Shown here in pieces: positions 24,623 through 31,512 of a stretch of 33,499 nucleotides of DNA (the stretch's first letter is position 1; the number at the start of each line of letters is the position of its first letter). Origin of the DNA: a virus; IMG/VR virus record IMGVR_UViG_3300017734_000036; one strand, written 5' to 3'. The notes under the pieces were generated by a model, which worked only from the letters and a program-made list of their open reading frames with translations, was not told the origin of the DNA and made no database searches. The translations under genes and the position numbers were made by a program.

Positions 24623-24864
24623 TGGACGAAATCACTAGCGAACAAATCGCAGATAACTACACCGCTATGGGTCATAGCGTTGACCTTATCAACGCCATCA
24701 TCGCTGGTGACACTATGGCAGATGACGACGCAGCGGACAGGCAGGGCTGTGTAGACCGCAACGTCGAACACTTGGAACTGATGGTGGCAAAGGACTACTG
24801 GACCGACGAGGACATGACGGCGGTCAATGCTGCCATCACTGCTGGCAAGGGGTACACGGCATGA
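24622..24864 (+). CDS. Acidic hypothetical protein, 80 aa.
   Basis: ORF track. The start shares one base (24622) with the fibre stop codon, and there is an ATGA overlap with the next gene. Confidence 0.5.
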   Translation: MDEITSEQIADNYTAMGHSVDLINAIIAGDTMADDDAADRQGCVDRNVEHLELMVAKDYWTDEDMTAVNAAITAGKGYTA

Positions 24865-25886
24865 GCAGAGCAAGAGATTTCGCAGACCTCGCGGGTGCGG
24901 CTGATGCCGGTGGCATCACGGGCAGGAACCTTATCATTAATGGTTCAGCATCTATAAATCAACGCGGGGACGTTACTGGGAAAACTGCGTCAACATTTGG
25001 CGGTCCAGATAGATTTGAATTAGGTATTAGCAATATCGGAACATATTCAATATCTCAATCGTCAACGTCTCCTGATGGGTTTGCTAATTCATACAAGGTT
25101 GACTGCACCACCGCCGACGCATCCCCTGCATCTGGCGATTTCCTTGTTATCAGTCATAAAATAGAAGCGCAGAATTTACAGCATCTGCAATACGGCACAT
25201 CTGGAGCAAAAAAGATTACGTTGTCTTTTTATGCCCGTTCAAACAAGACTGGGACATATGCTGTTGAGTTAATTGCAAGCGATGCAAACAAGCACATCTG
25301 CCAAACCTTCACAATCAATTCTGCCGATAGTTGGGAAAAGAAAGAGCTTACTTTTGTAGGTAACACGGCTGATGTCATAAACAATGATAATGGCATCGGG
25401 ATGTATGTAAATTGGTGGCTTGGGGTTGGCTCTGGCTTCACCAGCGGAACTCTGGCTACATCTTGGGCAACACGCACAACAGCAAACATTGCAGTCGGTC
25501 AAACTGTAAATATTGCAGACAACACTGCCAACGAGTTTTTGCTAACCGGCGTGCAGCTTGAGGTCGGCTCTGCCACGCCGTTTGAGCATCGGTCGTTTGG
25601 CGATGAGTTGGCTAGGTGTCAGAGGTATTTTCAAGACTACACAACAGACAGATTTAGGCATCAACAGGGATATGCGGAAAATTCTACTGCATATGCTAGA
25701 GATATTCTCATTCCACAAATGAGAGCCAACCCTACCATTACGGTATCAGATACAAACTTGAACGGATTTGACCCCGTATCAGCAGCAGCAAATGCTCCTA
25801 ATAAAGTAGATTTTACTGCTACTTGTACCGTCACCGGAACATCACGCTATTACGATTTCAAATTTACTGCGGCTGCGGAGTTGTAA
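24861..25886 (+). CDS. Second tail fibre-like / receptor-binding protein candidate, 341 aa.
   Basis: The N-terminal RDFADLAG...NLIINGSASINQRG motif resembles fibre-like proteins of marine podoviruses (from memory). Beta-rich C-terminal body. Position follows the main fibre. Confidence 0.45.
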   Translation: MSRARDFADLAGAADAGGITGRNLIINGSASINQRGDVTGKTASTFGGPDRFELGISNIGTYSISQSSTSPDGFANSYKVDCTTADASPASGDFLVISHKIEAQNLQHLQYGTSGAKKITLSFYARSNKTGTYAVELIASDANKHICQTFTINSADSWEKKELTFVGNTADVINNDNGIGMYVNWWLGVGSGFTSGTLATSWATRTTANIAVGQTVNIADNTANEFLLTGVQLEVGSATPFEHRSFGDELARCQRYFQDYTTDRFRHQQGYAENSTAYARDILIPQMRANPTITVSDTNLNGFDPVSAAANAPNKVDFTATCTVTGTSRYYDFKFTAAAEL

Positions 25887-25888
25887 AC

Positions 25889-26077
25889 ATGAATATAACC
25901 AGTGCTAAATATGTAAATATTCCTGAACCAGACGGCTCTGTAATTGCAAATGGAGTTATTAAAGCGACAATCAATGGTGTCGAAATGTTTGTGCCTATTG
26001 ACCCAAATAACTCCGACTACGACGAAATCCAGCGACAGGTCGCAGCCGGTACCTTGACCATTGCGGACGCTGAGTGA
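25889..26077 (+). CDS. Hypothetical protein, 62 aa.
   Basis: Internal ATG of the tracked ORF with a GGAG RBS 8 nt upstream. Starts 2 nt after the preceding stop. Confidence 0.45.
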   Translation: MNITSAKYVNIPEPDGSVIANGVIKATINGVEMFVPIDPNNSDYDEIQRQVAAGTLTIADAE

Positions 26078-26247
26078 TGAGCAAGCCCACCGCCGCATCT
26101 GTACAGGCCCAGATCGACACTCATGAAGCTGTCTGCTCTGAGAGGTGGAAGGAAACTATTCTGCGTATTAAGCGCATCGAACACATCATGATTGGCACTG
26201 CTGGCACAACAATTCTGTTACTGGTGGGAATCATACTGAATGGATGA
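26077..26247 (+). CDS. Small tail-anchored membrane protein, 56 aa. Below the ORF-track cutoff.
   Basis: MSKPTAASVQAQIDTHEAVCSERWKETILRIKRIEHIMIGTAGTTILLLVGIILNG. The ATG overlaps the preceding TGA, and the stop overlaps the next ATG (ATGA). Confidence 0.5.
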   Translation: MSKPTAASVQAQIDTHEAVCSERWKETILRIKRIEHIMIGTAGTTILLLVGIILNG

Positions 26248-26432
26248 TCCATGTGTTCTTGCTGTTTGTGTATGTAGGCGTTGGTGAGGGTAAGCGGCTC
26301 ACTAGCAATGATATGTATTTCCGCAGTGTTGATGACTGCGTGTACTTTGCACAACGGCTGCACAAACAAGGCAACAACATCACTGCTTATTGTTTGCCAA
26401 CAATGGTAAATGAAGATGTAAGGATTTACTGA
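26244..26432 (+). CDS. Small secreted or membrane-anchored 2-Cys protein, 62 aa.
   Basis: N-terminal hydrophobic MIHVFLLFVYVGVG, then ...SVDDCVYFAQRLHKQ...YCLP. The architecture resembles small prophage periplasmic proteins. Confidence 0.5.
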   Translation: MIHVFLLFVYVGVGEGKRLTSNDMYFRSVDDCVYFAQRLHKQGNNITAYCLPTMVNEDVRIY

Positions 26433-26863
26433 TGCTTGCTGAACTTGCTGCAGCTAATGCCGCCTTTGCTGTTATTAAGCAAGTTGTATCCAACGGCAAA
26501 GATATAGCTTCTGCTGGCAATGCAATTGCAGAGTTTGTAGGTGCAAAAGAAAAGCTCCAAGCCAAAGCTGCCAAGAAGGGCAATGGCTCAGATCTCGAAG
26601 AGTTTATGGCTCTTGAGCAGATCAAAGAGCGAGAAGAAGAACTCAAACAAATGATGATTATCTTGGGCAGACCGGGCTTGTGGCACGACTGGCAGCGTTT
26701 CCAAGCAAAGGCTAGGATAGCTAGGCGAGAGGCAGAGATAGCCTCTGCACACAAGCGCAAGAAGATTATCGAAGGCACTATTATTGCTGGGTTTATTCTG
26801 TGTTGTTTGGCGGTGCTTGGTGCTTTGTTTGTGTTGATACTGCACCATCAAGGGAGACTGTGA
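26432..26863 (+). CDS. Coiled-coil protein with a C-terminal TM anchor, 143 aa.
   Basis: Charged helical centre and C-terminal IIAGFILCCLAVLGALFVLIL. Start and stop are both coupled to neighbouring genes. Confidence 0.55.
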   Translation: MLAELAAANAAFAVIKQVVSNGKDIASAGNAIAEFVGAKEKLQAKAAKKGNGSDLEEFMALEQIKEREEELKQMMIILGRPGLWHDWQRFQAKARIARREAEIASAHKRKKIIEGTIIAGFILCCLAVLGALFVLILHHQGRL

Positions 26864-27069
26864 TGGAAGTAACTATGGAACGCTTTCTAGCGTGGAAGAT
26901 ACTTCCGCGCTTTATGATGTTCACTATGACGTTTATGTACATCCGTGTGATCGAATGGTTCATTTCATTGTCACCTGATGCGATGACTTCACAGGCCACA
27001 GCCCTAACAGCGACCGTCACTGGTGCAATGACAGGCGCTTTTGCTGTGTGGTTAGGATCTGAGAAGTGA
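26863..27069 (+). CDS. Two-TM small membrane protein, 68 aa. Holin candidate.
   Basis: Internal ATG overlapping the preceding TGA. Hydrophobic segments ILPRFMMFTMTFMYIRVIEWFISL and ALTATVTGAMTGAFAVWLG. Confidence 0.4.
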   Translation: MEVTMERFLAWKILPRFMMFTMTFMYIRVIEWFISLSPDAMTSQATALTATVTGAMTGAFAVWLGSEK

Positions 27070-27245
27070 ATACGGTCTGGGTCGTCATACTGGTGACTGC
27101 TGTGTCGCCATTTAACTACACCGTTTCTCCATTGACTGACGCTGATACGCTTGAACAGTGCCACTCCAAGGCCGTAAAGATTGAGCATGATATCGTGCGT
27201 GCAGACAACCAAGAGATGATGTGCATAAGGGTGGATTACGAATGA
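27066..27245 (+). CDS. Small signal-anchored 2-Cys protein, 59 aa, GTG start.
   Basis: The GTG overlaps the preceding stop (GTGA). MNTVWVVILVTAVSPF...DTLEQCHSKAVKIEHD...MMCIRV. Same architecture as the 26244..26432 product. The stop overlaps the next ATG. Confidence 0.4.
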   Translation: MNTVWVVILVTAVSPFNYTVSPLTDADTLEQCHSKAVKIEHDIVRADNQEMMCIRVDYE

Positions 27246-27619
27246 TACAGGCATTGATACCCGCCATTGCTGACCTTGCCGGCGGCTGGCTCAGGGGTAA
27301 GGCAGACGAAAAGGCAGCGCAGTCTAGAGTCAAGGTTGCCAAGGCAGAGGCTGAAGCAGAGGTAATGAAGGTCGCCGCCACGCATGAAGCTGGCTGGGAA
27401 AAGATCATGGCTGAAGCCAGCAAGGATAGCTGGAAAGACGAGGCCTGGACGATTTTGTTTATAGCTATCATAGGCATGTGCTTCATACCGCCCTTGCAGC
27501 CCTATGTTGAACGTGGGTTTGCCGCGTTAGAAACTACCCCTGATTGGTTTCAATGGGCTATGTATGCTAGTATTGCCGCATCATTCGGTCTGAGGGGTTT
27601 GAAAGGGCTGAAAAAGTGA
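27242..27619 (+). CDS. Membrane protein, 125 aa. Holin candidate: N-terminal charged helix followed by TM segments.
   Basis: Internal ATG in an ATGA overlap. KAEAEAEVMKVAATHEAGWEKIMAEASKDSWKDEAWTILFIAIIGMCFIPP, then a second hydrophobic segment WFQWAMYASIAASFGL. Reminiscent of 3-TM gene-transfer-type holins. Confidence 0.45.
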   Translation: MIQALIPAIADLAGGWLRGKADEKAAQSRVKVAKAEAEAEVMKVAATHEAGWEKIMAEASKDSWKDEAWTILFIAIIGMCFIPPLQPYVERGFAALETTPDWFQWAMYASIAASFGLRGLKGLKK

Positions 27620-27750
27620 GCTTGTATAGAAACATTCACGCCAAGCGTAAGAGGATTAAAGCTGGCAGTGGTGAGAAAATGCGTAAGGTTGGGCAAAAAG
27701 GTTCGCCAACTAAGAAAAATTTCCAACAAGCTAAAAAGAAAAAGCGATGA
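27616..27750 (+). CDS. Cationic mini-protein 1, 44 aa, GTG start.
   Basis: GTGA overlap with the upstream stop and ATGA overlap with the next gene. MSLYRNIHAKRKRIKAGSGEKMRKVGQKGSPTKKNFQQAKKKKR has 17 of 44 residues K/R. Confidence 0.55.
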   Translation: MSLYRNIHAKRKRIKAGSGEKMRKVGQKGSPTKKNFQQAKKKKR

Positions 27751-27929
27751 AGCGCAAGTTTGCAAAGGTGTCCAAGACAAAGGGCGGCGTGCCAAAGAAG
27801 TATGTGCGCGGTGCCAAGAACCCCAAAAAACGTGAGGCAGAGATTAAGCGCACGCAGCGTCTTTATAGGCAAGGCAAGTTGACGCCAGCTATGATGAACA
27901 GGATTAGCAAGCAGAGGAGCCGAGGATGA
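27747..27929 (+). CDS. Cationic mini-protein 2, 60 aa.
   Basis: ORF track. ATGA overlaps on both sides. Very Lys/Arg-rich. Confidence 0.6.
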   Translation: MKRKFAKVSKTKGGVPKKYVRGAKNPKKREAEIKRTQRLYRQGKLTPAMMNRISKQRSRG

Positions 27930-28189
27930 GCAAAGCCGCCACCGTTGCCAAGTATTCCAAATCGTCTGGCATATCCAAGTCAACACTCGGCAAGGTCTAT
28001 CAGAGAGGTCTAGGTGCCTACTACAGCAGCGGCAGTAGACCCAAGGTTTCCGCGCACCAATGGGCTGCTGGCAGAGTGCGCAGTTTTGCTACCGGCAAGG
28101 GCGGCGCACGCAAGGCTGACGCTGACCTGATCCGTAAGAAGAAAAAGCCTACAGCCAAAAAAGCAGCTAAAAAGAGGAGTAGGGCATGA
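27926..28189 (+). CDS. Cationic protein 3, 87 aa, with a conserved YYSSGSRP...WAAGRVRSF motif.
   Basis: ORF track. The RGLGAYYSSGSRPKVSAHQWAAGRVRSFATGKGG...ADADL motif resembles a family of unknown function seen in phages and giant viruses (from memory). Lys-rich tail. Confidence 0.65.
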   Translation: MSKAATVAKYSKSSGISKSTLGKVYQRGLGAYYSSGSRPKVSAHQWAAGRVRSFATGKGGARKADADLIRKKKKPTAKKAAKKRSRA

Positions 28190-28326
28190 TAGGCAAGCGG
28201 CAAAAAACTAAGATTAAACAGGTGGTTAAGAAGCTACGCGGTGCCTCAAAGGCGCACGCCGGTCAGGCCAAAACTCTTGAGTCCATGATACGCAAGAGTA
28301 ACGGAAAAAAGAAGCGCAAGGCATGA
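28186..28326 (+). CDS. Cationic mini-protein 4, 46 aa.
   Basis: ATGA overlaps on both sides. MIGKRQKTKIKQVVKKLRGASKAHAGQAKTLESMIRKSNGKKKRKA. Confidence 0.5.
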   Translation: MIGKRQKTKIKQVVKKLRGASKAHAGQAKTLESMIRKSNGKKKRKA

Positions 28327-28772
28327 ACAAGGATAAGCTACGTCAGGAACTTGCAGAGGACGAGGGCTGCAAGTACGAAGTGTACCTCGATCATATTGCT
28401 CTACCCACCTTTGGTCTGGGCCACCTGATAGTAGAAGATGATCCAGAACACGGTCAGCCTGTTGGCACACCTGTCTCTGAGGAGCGTGTGCGTCAGGCAT
28501 TTGCTCTTGATGTCGCTGTCACGATTGATGAGTGCAAAGTTTTATACCCAGACTTTGATGACTTACCCGAAGACTGCCAATTAATCATCGCGAATATGAT
28601 GTTTAATATGGGAAGGCCGCGTCTCTCTAAATTTAAGGGCATGAAAGCCGGTGTTGATGCTAAAGATTGGAACAGGGCTGCGGAAGAAATGGTCGACAGC
28701 CGCTGGCATGATCAGGTTCCCAACAGGGCCAAGAGGCTTGTCAAACGCATGAGAGCTTTGTCTGATGGCTAA
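28323..28772 (+). CDS. Endolysin: T4-type lysozyme (GH24), 149 aa.
   Basis: AEDEGCKYEVYLDHIALPTFGLGHLI carries the Glu / Asp / Thr catalytic triad spacing of T4 lysozyme (E11, D20, T26). Confidence 0.9.
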   Translation: MNKDKLRQELAEDEGCKYEVYLDHIALPTFGLGHLIVEDDPEHGQPVGTPVSEERVRQAFALDVAVTIDECKVLYPDFDDLPEDCQLIIANMMFNMGRPRLSKFKGMKAGVDAKDWNRAAEEMVDSRWHDQVPNRAKRLVKRMRALSDG

Positions 28773-29076
28773 GACACCGGCATGGCAGCGCAAGGCTGGC
28801 AAGAACCCGAAGGGTGGCTTGAACGCCAAGGGCAGGGCTTCTGCACGCAAGCAGGGTATGAACCTTAAGGCACCTGTGAAGAAGGGTGACAACCCGCGCA
28901 GGGCTAGTTTCTTAGCGCGTATGGGCGGCATGAGGGGGCCGGAACGAGATGCGAAGGGCAAACCTACCAGGCTCCTGCTTTCTCTCAGGGCATGGGGTGC
29001 AAGCAGCAAGGCTGACGCAAAGAAGAAGGCAGCAGCTATCTCCAAACGCAACAAAGCCAAGAAGGGGAAGAAATAA
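28765..29076 (+). CDS. Cationic protein 5, 103 aa.
   Basis: ORF track. Overlaps the lysozyme stop by 8 nt. WQRKAGKNPKGGLNAKGR...NPRRASFLARMGG... and a Lys-rich tail. Confidence 0.6.
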   Translation: MAKTPAWQRKAGKNPKGGLNAKGRASARKQGMNLKAPVKKGDNPRRASFLARMGGMRGPERDAKGKPTRLLLSLRAWGASSKADAKKKAAAISKRNKAKKGKK

Positions 29077-29198
29077 TGCCGGGAAAAATGAAGAAGGCCG
29101 CGAAGAAGAATGGCAACGGTATGCTGACGGCCAAGCAGAAGACACTGCCGCCAGCACTTAAAAAGAAGATCATATCGTCTAAGAAAAGGAGATCATGA
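29076..29198 (+). CDS. Cationic mini-protein 6, 40 aa.
   Basis: The ATG shares one base with the preceding TAA. MPGKMKKAAKKNGNGMLTAKQKTLPPALKKKIISSKKRRS. The stop overlaps the next ATG. Confidence 0.45.
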   Translation: MPGKMKKAAKKNGNGMLTAKQKTLPPALKKKIISSKKRRS

Positions 29199-29329
29199 TG
29201 CCAATGGGCAAGGGTACTTACGGTTCAACCAGAGGCCGTCCACCAAAGTCTGCCAAGATGAAGAAGCAAGCAGCAACAGCCATTGCGATGAAGAAGAAAA
29301 AGAAAAAACCTAAGACGCGCATGGCTTAA
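29195..29329 (+). CDS. Cationic mini-protein 7, 44 aa. Last gene of the rightward operon.
   Basis: MMPMGKGTYGSTRGRPPKSAKMKKQAATAIAMKKKKKKPKTRMA. RBS AAGGAG at 29186-29191. Ends at the terminator. Confidence 0.5.
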   Translation: MMPMGKGTYGSTRGRPPKSAKMKKQAATAIAMKKKKKKPKTRMA

Positions 29330-29351
29330 AAAAAGGGGGGCATGGCCCCCC
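29328..29351. terminator. Bidirectional intrinsic terminator between the convergent operons.
   Basis: A7 run, then GGGGGGC (29335-29341), loop ATG, then GCCCCCC (29345-29351). On the minus strand the hairpin is followed by T7. On the plus strand it is followed by TAGTTCTTCTCCTT. Confidence 0.75.
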
Positions 29352-29503
29352 TAGTTCTTCTCCTTGTAGCAATTCCAGCAGATATCCTCGCGTGACGCAA
29401 GAGATACCCAGTTGTGCTGAGTGTAATCACAGACCTTCTGACACCTCGCGCAATGAAATGGGCGACTGACCCTCACAGTCTTTTGCTGCTTTCTCTTCTT
29501 CAC
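29351..29503 (-). CDS. Candidate small zinc-ribbon protein, 50 aa, GTG start. Overlaps the end of the upstream gene out of frame.
   Basis: GGAG lies 7 nt upstream of the GTG at 29503. MKKRKQQKTVRVSRPFHCARCQKVCDYTQHNWVSLASREDICWNCYKEKN has CxxC-N22-CxxC. The stop codon abuts the terminator stem. Confidence 0.4.
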   Translation of the reverse strand: MKKRKQQKTVRVSRPFHCARCQKVCDYTQHNWVSLASREDICWNCYKEKN

Positions 29504-29648
29504 GCTTCATCTCCAGTCCGGCATTGAGGCAACGCAGAGCAAGATTTAGCATCTGCGTTGCATTCATTTGTTTGAGGTGGATGGTGCCGTCAATCGACAC
29601 CGCCACACCATCATTTCTTGGAATAATCAGGAAAGTCGGCTCCACCAT
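29427..29648 (-). CDS. Hypothetical protein, 73 aa.
   Basis: Internal Met of the tracked ORF, preceded by the AAAGGATCACAG RBS motif used elsewhere in the genome. Confidence 0.5.
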   Translation of the reverse strand: MVEPTFLIIPRNDGVAVSIDGTIHLKQMNATQMLNLALRCLNAGLEMKREEEKAAKDCEGQSPISLREVSEGL

Positions 29649-29832
29649 CTGTGATCCTTTCGATTTCACGCATCGTGATGTACCAGCGGCCCCCTAAACG
29701 CTTGCCTTTGATAATGCCCCTGTGGAGCATCGTACGCAGCATGTTGACCTGAGACTTGCTATCGGTGCCAAACAGCACCAAAGACGCCTCACGAGGGCTT
29801 AAAAGCGCCTTAGAATGGGATGTCTGGGTCAT
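29611..29832 (-). CDS. Excisionase/MerR-type (HTH_17-like) DNA-binding protein, 73 aa.
   Basis: ALLSPREASLVLFG....VNMLRTMLHRGIIKGKRLGGRWYITMREIERI matches the helix-turn-helix plus G-RW-I wing pattern. Start chosen at the internal Met (29832) to limit overlap with the upstream gene. Confidence 0.6.
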   Translation of the reverse strand: MTQTSHSKALLSPREASLVLFGTDSKSQVNMLRTMLHRGIIKGKRLGGRWYITMREIERITDGGADFPDYSKK

Positions 29833-30157
29833 CGTCCTCTGCCTTTGGCTGTGGTGCCGAATACTTGTGGCTGATCGCGTTGCCAATAGGCTTCATAGCT
29901 GGCTGCGATATGCCGTCAGAGATACTGTCCTCACCTTGGTATTCAGTAACTCTTGAGATGCGAATAGAGATAGTGCCGTCCTCGTTGGGGAACAGGCTGA
30001 CTTGGTGGCGCTGGCCTTCTCGCAAGGTGATATCCGCAGGAGTTTTTTGCTCCGCTGAATAAGGTTGCCAGTTGCCATTGCTATACTGTGCCTTGCCCTT
30101 TCCCTCCGCGTTAGGGAACAGCTTGATGTAGGTGATTGTGTCATAGCGTTTAGCCAT
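29810..30157 (-). CDS. Small SSB-like protein, 115 aa, with a bacterial SSB C-terminal tip.
   Basis: Ends in ...PKAEDDDPDIPF (E. coli SSB ends in DDDIPF). Lies next to an annealing-protein candidate. The N-terminal approximately 85 aa are beta-rich but do not match canonical SSB. Confidence 0.6.
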   Translation of the reverse strand: MAKRYDTITYIKLFPNAEGKGKAQYSNGNWQPYSAEQKTPADITLREGQRHQVSLFPNEDGTISIRISRVTEYQGEDSISDGISQPAMKPIGNAISHKYSAPQPKAEDDDPDIPF

Positions 30158-30770
30158 CAGATTTTAGCTCCTTCATGCGTGCTTGGCATTTTGCTTTGAT
30201 GTCTTGGAAGATCTCAGGGAACTCTTTGTTCGCAATGTCCATCCACTTCTTTGTGAACCCTGCGTTCATCCATTCTGTGATCTGCTTCATGTCAAACTGC
30301 GGCAGATAGTCAGTCGCTTGCTGCTGCAATTCCAACAGGTTAGGCGACGGCTCCTTTGCCGGAGGTAGGCTAGCGATAGCTTCTTCCTTTCTCCCCACGC
30401 CATCCATCTCGTTTGCTGACGCATACTCGCCGCCAGCTAGGCCCAACGATGCCAAGGCACGGCCAACAGCAGACGTTTCACAGTTTTCCAAGGCGCTTGT
30501 CTTGTTGACGTTGCCCTGCCCCCTGATCTCCTCTGCCATGCCGGAACCAATTACAGCGCCGTCCATGTTGGTGATATTGGCTTTGACCACGACACGCTGG
30601 CCGTCATCTACCAAGATGTGTGTGTCCACCCCAAAGTCGGTGCCGTGCATCTTGCGGAATGCTTCCATTCGATGCACCACCTGGGTGTACTTCTTGCCGC
30701 CGCGCTGGGTTACGCCATGACTAGCGTTCAACTCAGCGACAAGAGCCATAGTTTCTTTCAGGTCAGTCAC
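30150..30770 (-). CDS. Single-strand annealing protein candidate (Rad52/Sak-like), 206 aa.
   Basis: KKYTQVVHRMEAFRKMHG...VVVKANITN.DGAVIGSGMAEE.....NKTSALENCETSAVGRALASLG resembles the annealing-protein core ending in E..A.GRAL..LG (from memory). Synteny with the SSB-like gene. Confidence 0.45.
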   Translation of the reverse strand: MTDLKETMALVAELNASHGVTQRGGKKYTQVVHRMEAFRKMHGTDFGVDTHILVDDGQRVVVKANITNMDGAVIGSGMAEEIRGQGNVNKTSALENCETSAVGRALASLGLAGGEYASANEMDGVGRKEEAIASLPPAKEPSPNLLELQQQATDYLPQFDMKQITEWMNAGFTKKWMDIANKEFPEIFQDIKAKCQARMKELKSDG

Positions 30771-30975
30771 TCATGCCTCCTTGGGAAACTCCTAGATTAT
30801 CAGAGATTAGATGGACAAACAGTGCCAAACTCTTCTCCATTTCAGCGACCCTGTTGTTGCTTTCATAGACAGCCTTGTGCAGTTCATCCACGCGCACATA
30901 AAGCTCGTTGATGCTGTCTTGCATGTCCTCGCGGGTCACATACGGTGTGCCGATATCAACAGGTTCACTGTGCAT
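30763..30975 (-). CDS. Hypothetical coiled-coil protein, 70 aa.
   Basis: Internal Met with an AAGGAG RBS 8 nt upstream. INELYVRVDELHKAVYESNNRVAEMEKSL. Confidence 0.5.
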   Translation of the reverse strand: MHSEPVDIGTPYVTREDMQDSINELYVRVDELHKAVYESNNRVAEMEKSLALFVHLISDNLGVSQGGMSD

Positions 30976-31276
30976 GATAAAACTCCTTGTGCCACATGAC
31001 CATTTGGCTGCGGCCTGACGCACCCTTTCTCTTGGTGCTATCTGTAAAAATGATGCGCTTTTCTTTTAGCTGCTTGTATCTAGCAGTCACGGTGCTATAA
31101 CCGTGCAGCGGCAGGGCTTTCAGCACATCGTCTGAAATGCACCCTGCTGCACCAAACTCCCAGATTGCATCGGCTACTACGCTTTCCATCGCTGTCGCAT
31201 CGATGCTCTCTGCGGCGTCGTGGCTGGTGGCAGGGTCATCCCTGCGCACCAGTTTGAAGGCTGGGGTTGTATTCAT
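30965..31276 (-). CDS. Winged-helix (MarR-like) DNA-binding protein, 103 aa.
   Basis: Internal Met in an ATGA overlap with the upstream stop. DDPATSHDAAESID....ESVVADAIWEFGAAGCISDDVLKALP...YSTVTARYKQLKEKRIIFTD..RKGASGRSQMVW is a common phage wHTH pattern. Confidence 0.55.
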   Translation of the reverse strand: MNTTPAFKLVRRDDPATSHDAAESIDATAMESVVADAIWEFGAAGCISDDVLKALPLHGYSTVTARYKQLKEKRIIFTDSTKRKGASGRSQMVMWHKEFYHAQ

Positions 31277-31512
31277 GTCACGTTCCACTTCTTGTTTGTT
31301 TTCTTGAACGGCGTTTGCATATGCAAAACATTCTTGCCGTACCAAATCCGCAGGTATGGCCCTTTGGAAAAGCCATAGATTTTGAAGCTGGCGGGTCGCT
31401 TGTACTTTTTCCAAATCAGGACGCGATAACCAAGCAAACGCCACTCGCCAAAACCCAACTCCTTCCAAGGCCGAGGCCAGTCTGTCGGGATGTCGAGCTT
31501 TCCTTTCTTCAT
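31273..31512 (-). CDS. Trp/Lys-rich hypothetical protein, 79 aa.
   Basis: ORF track. Coupled start and stop with neighbouring genes. Confidence 0.5.
   Translation of the reverse strand: MKKGKLDIPTDWPRPWKELGFGEWRLLGYRVLIWKKYKRPASFKIYGFSKGPYLRIWYGKNVLHMQTPFKKTNKKWNVT

Noticed and set aside
24861-25886. Possible diversity-generating retroelement target. The head genes resemble those of BPP-1-like phages, which carry a DGR acting on the receptor-binding protein.
   Set aside because: No reverse transcriptase gene exists anywhere in the genome. I saw no template/variable repeat pair near the fibre genes.
26077-29329. Search for a spanin: Rz/Rz1-type embedded or adjacent pair, or a u-spanin with a lipobox plus a C-terminal TM.
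   Set aside because: No small ORF in any frame here shows a lipoprotein signal of the form L-x-x-C after a hydrophobic leader. The N-terminally anchored proteins lack a lipobox Cys. No spanin was called.
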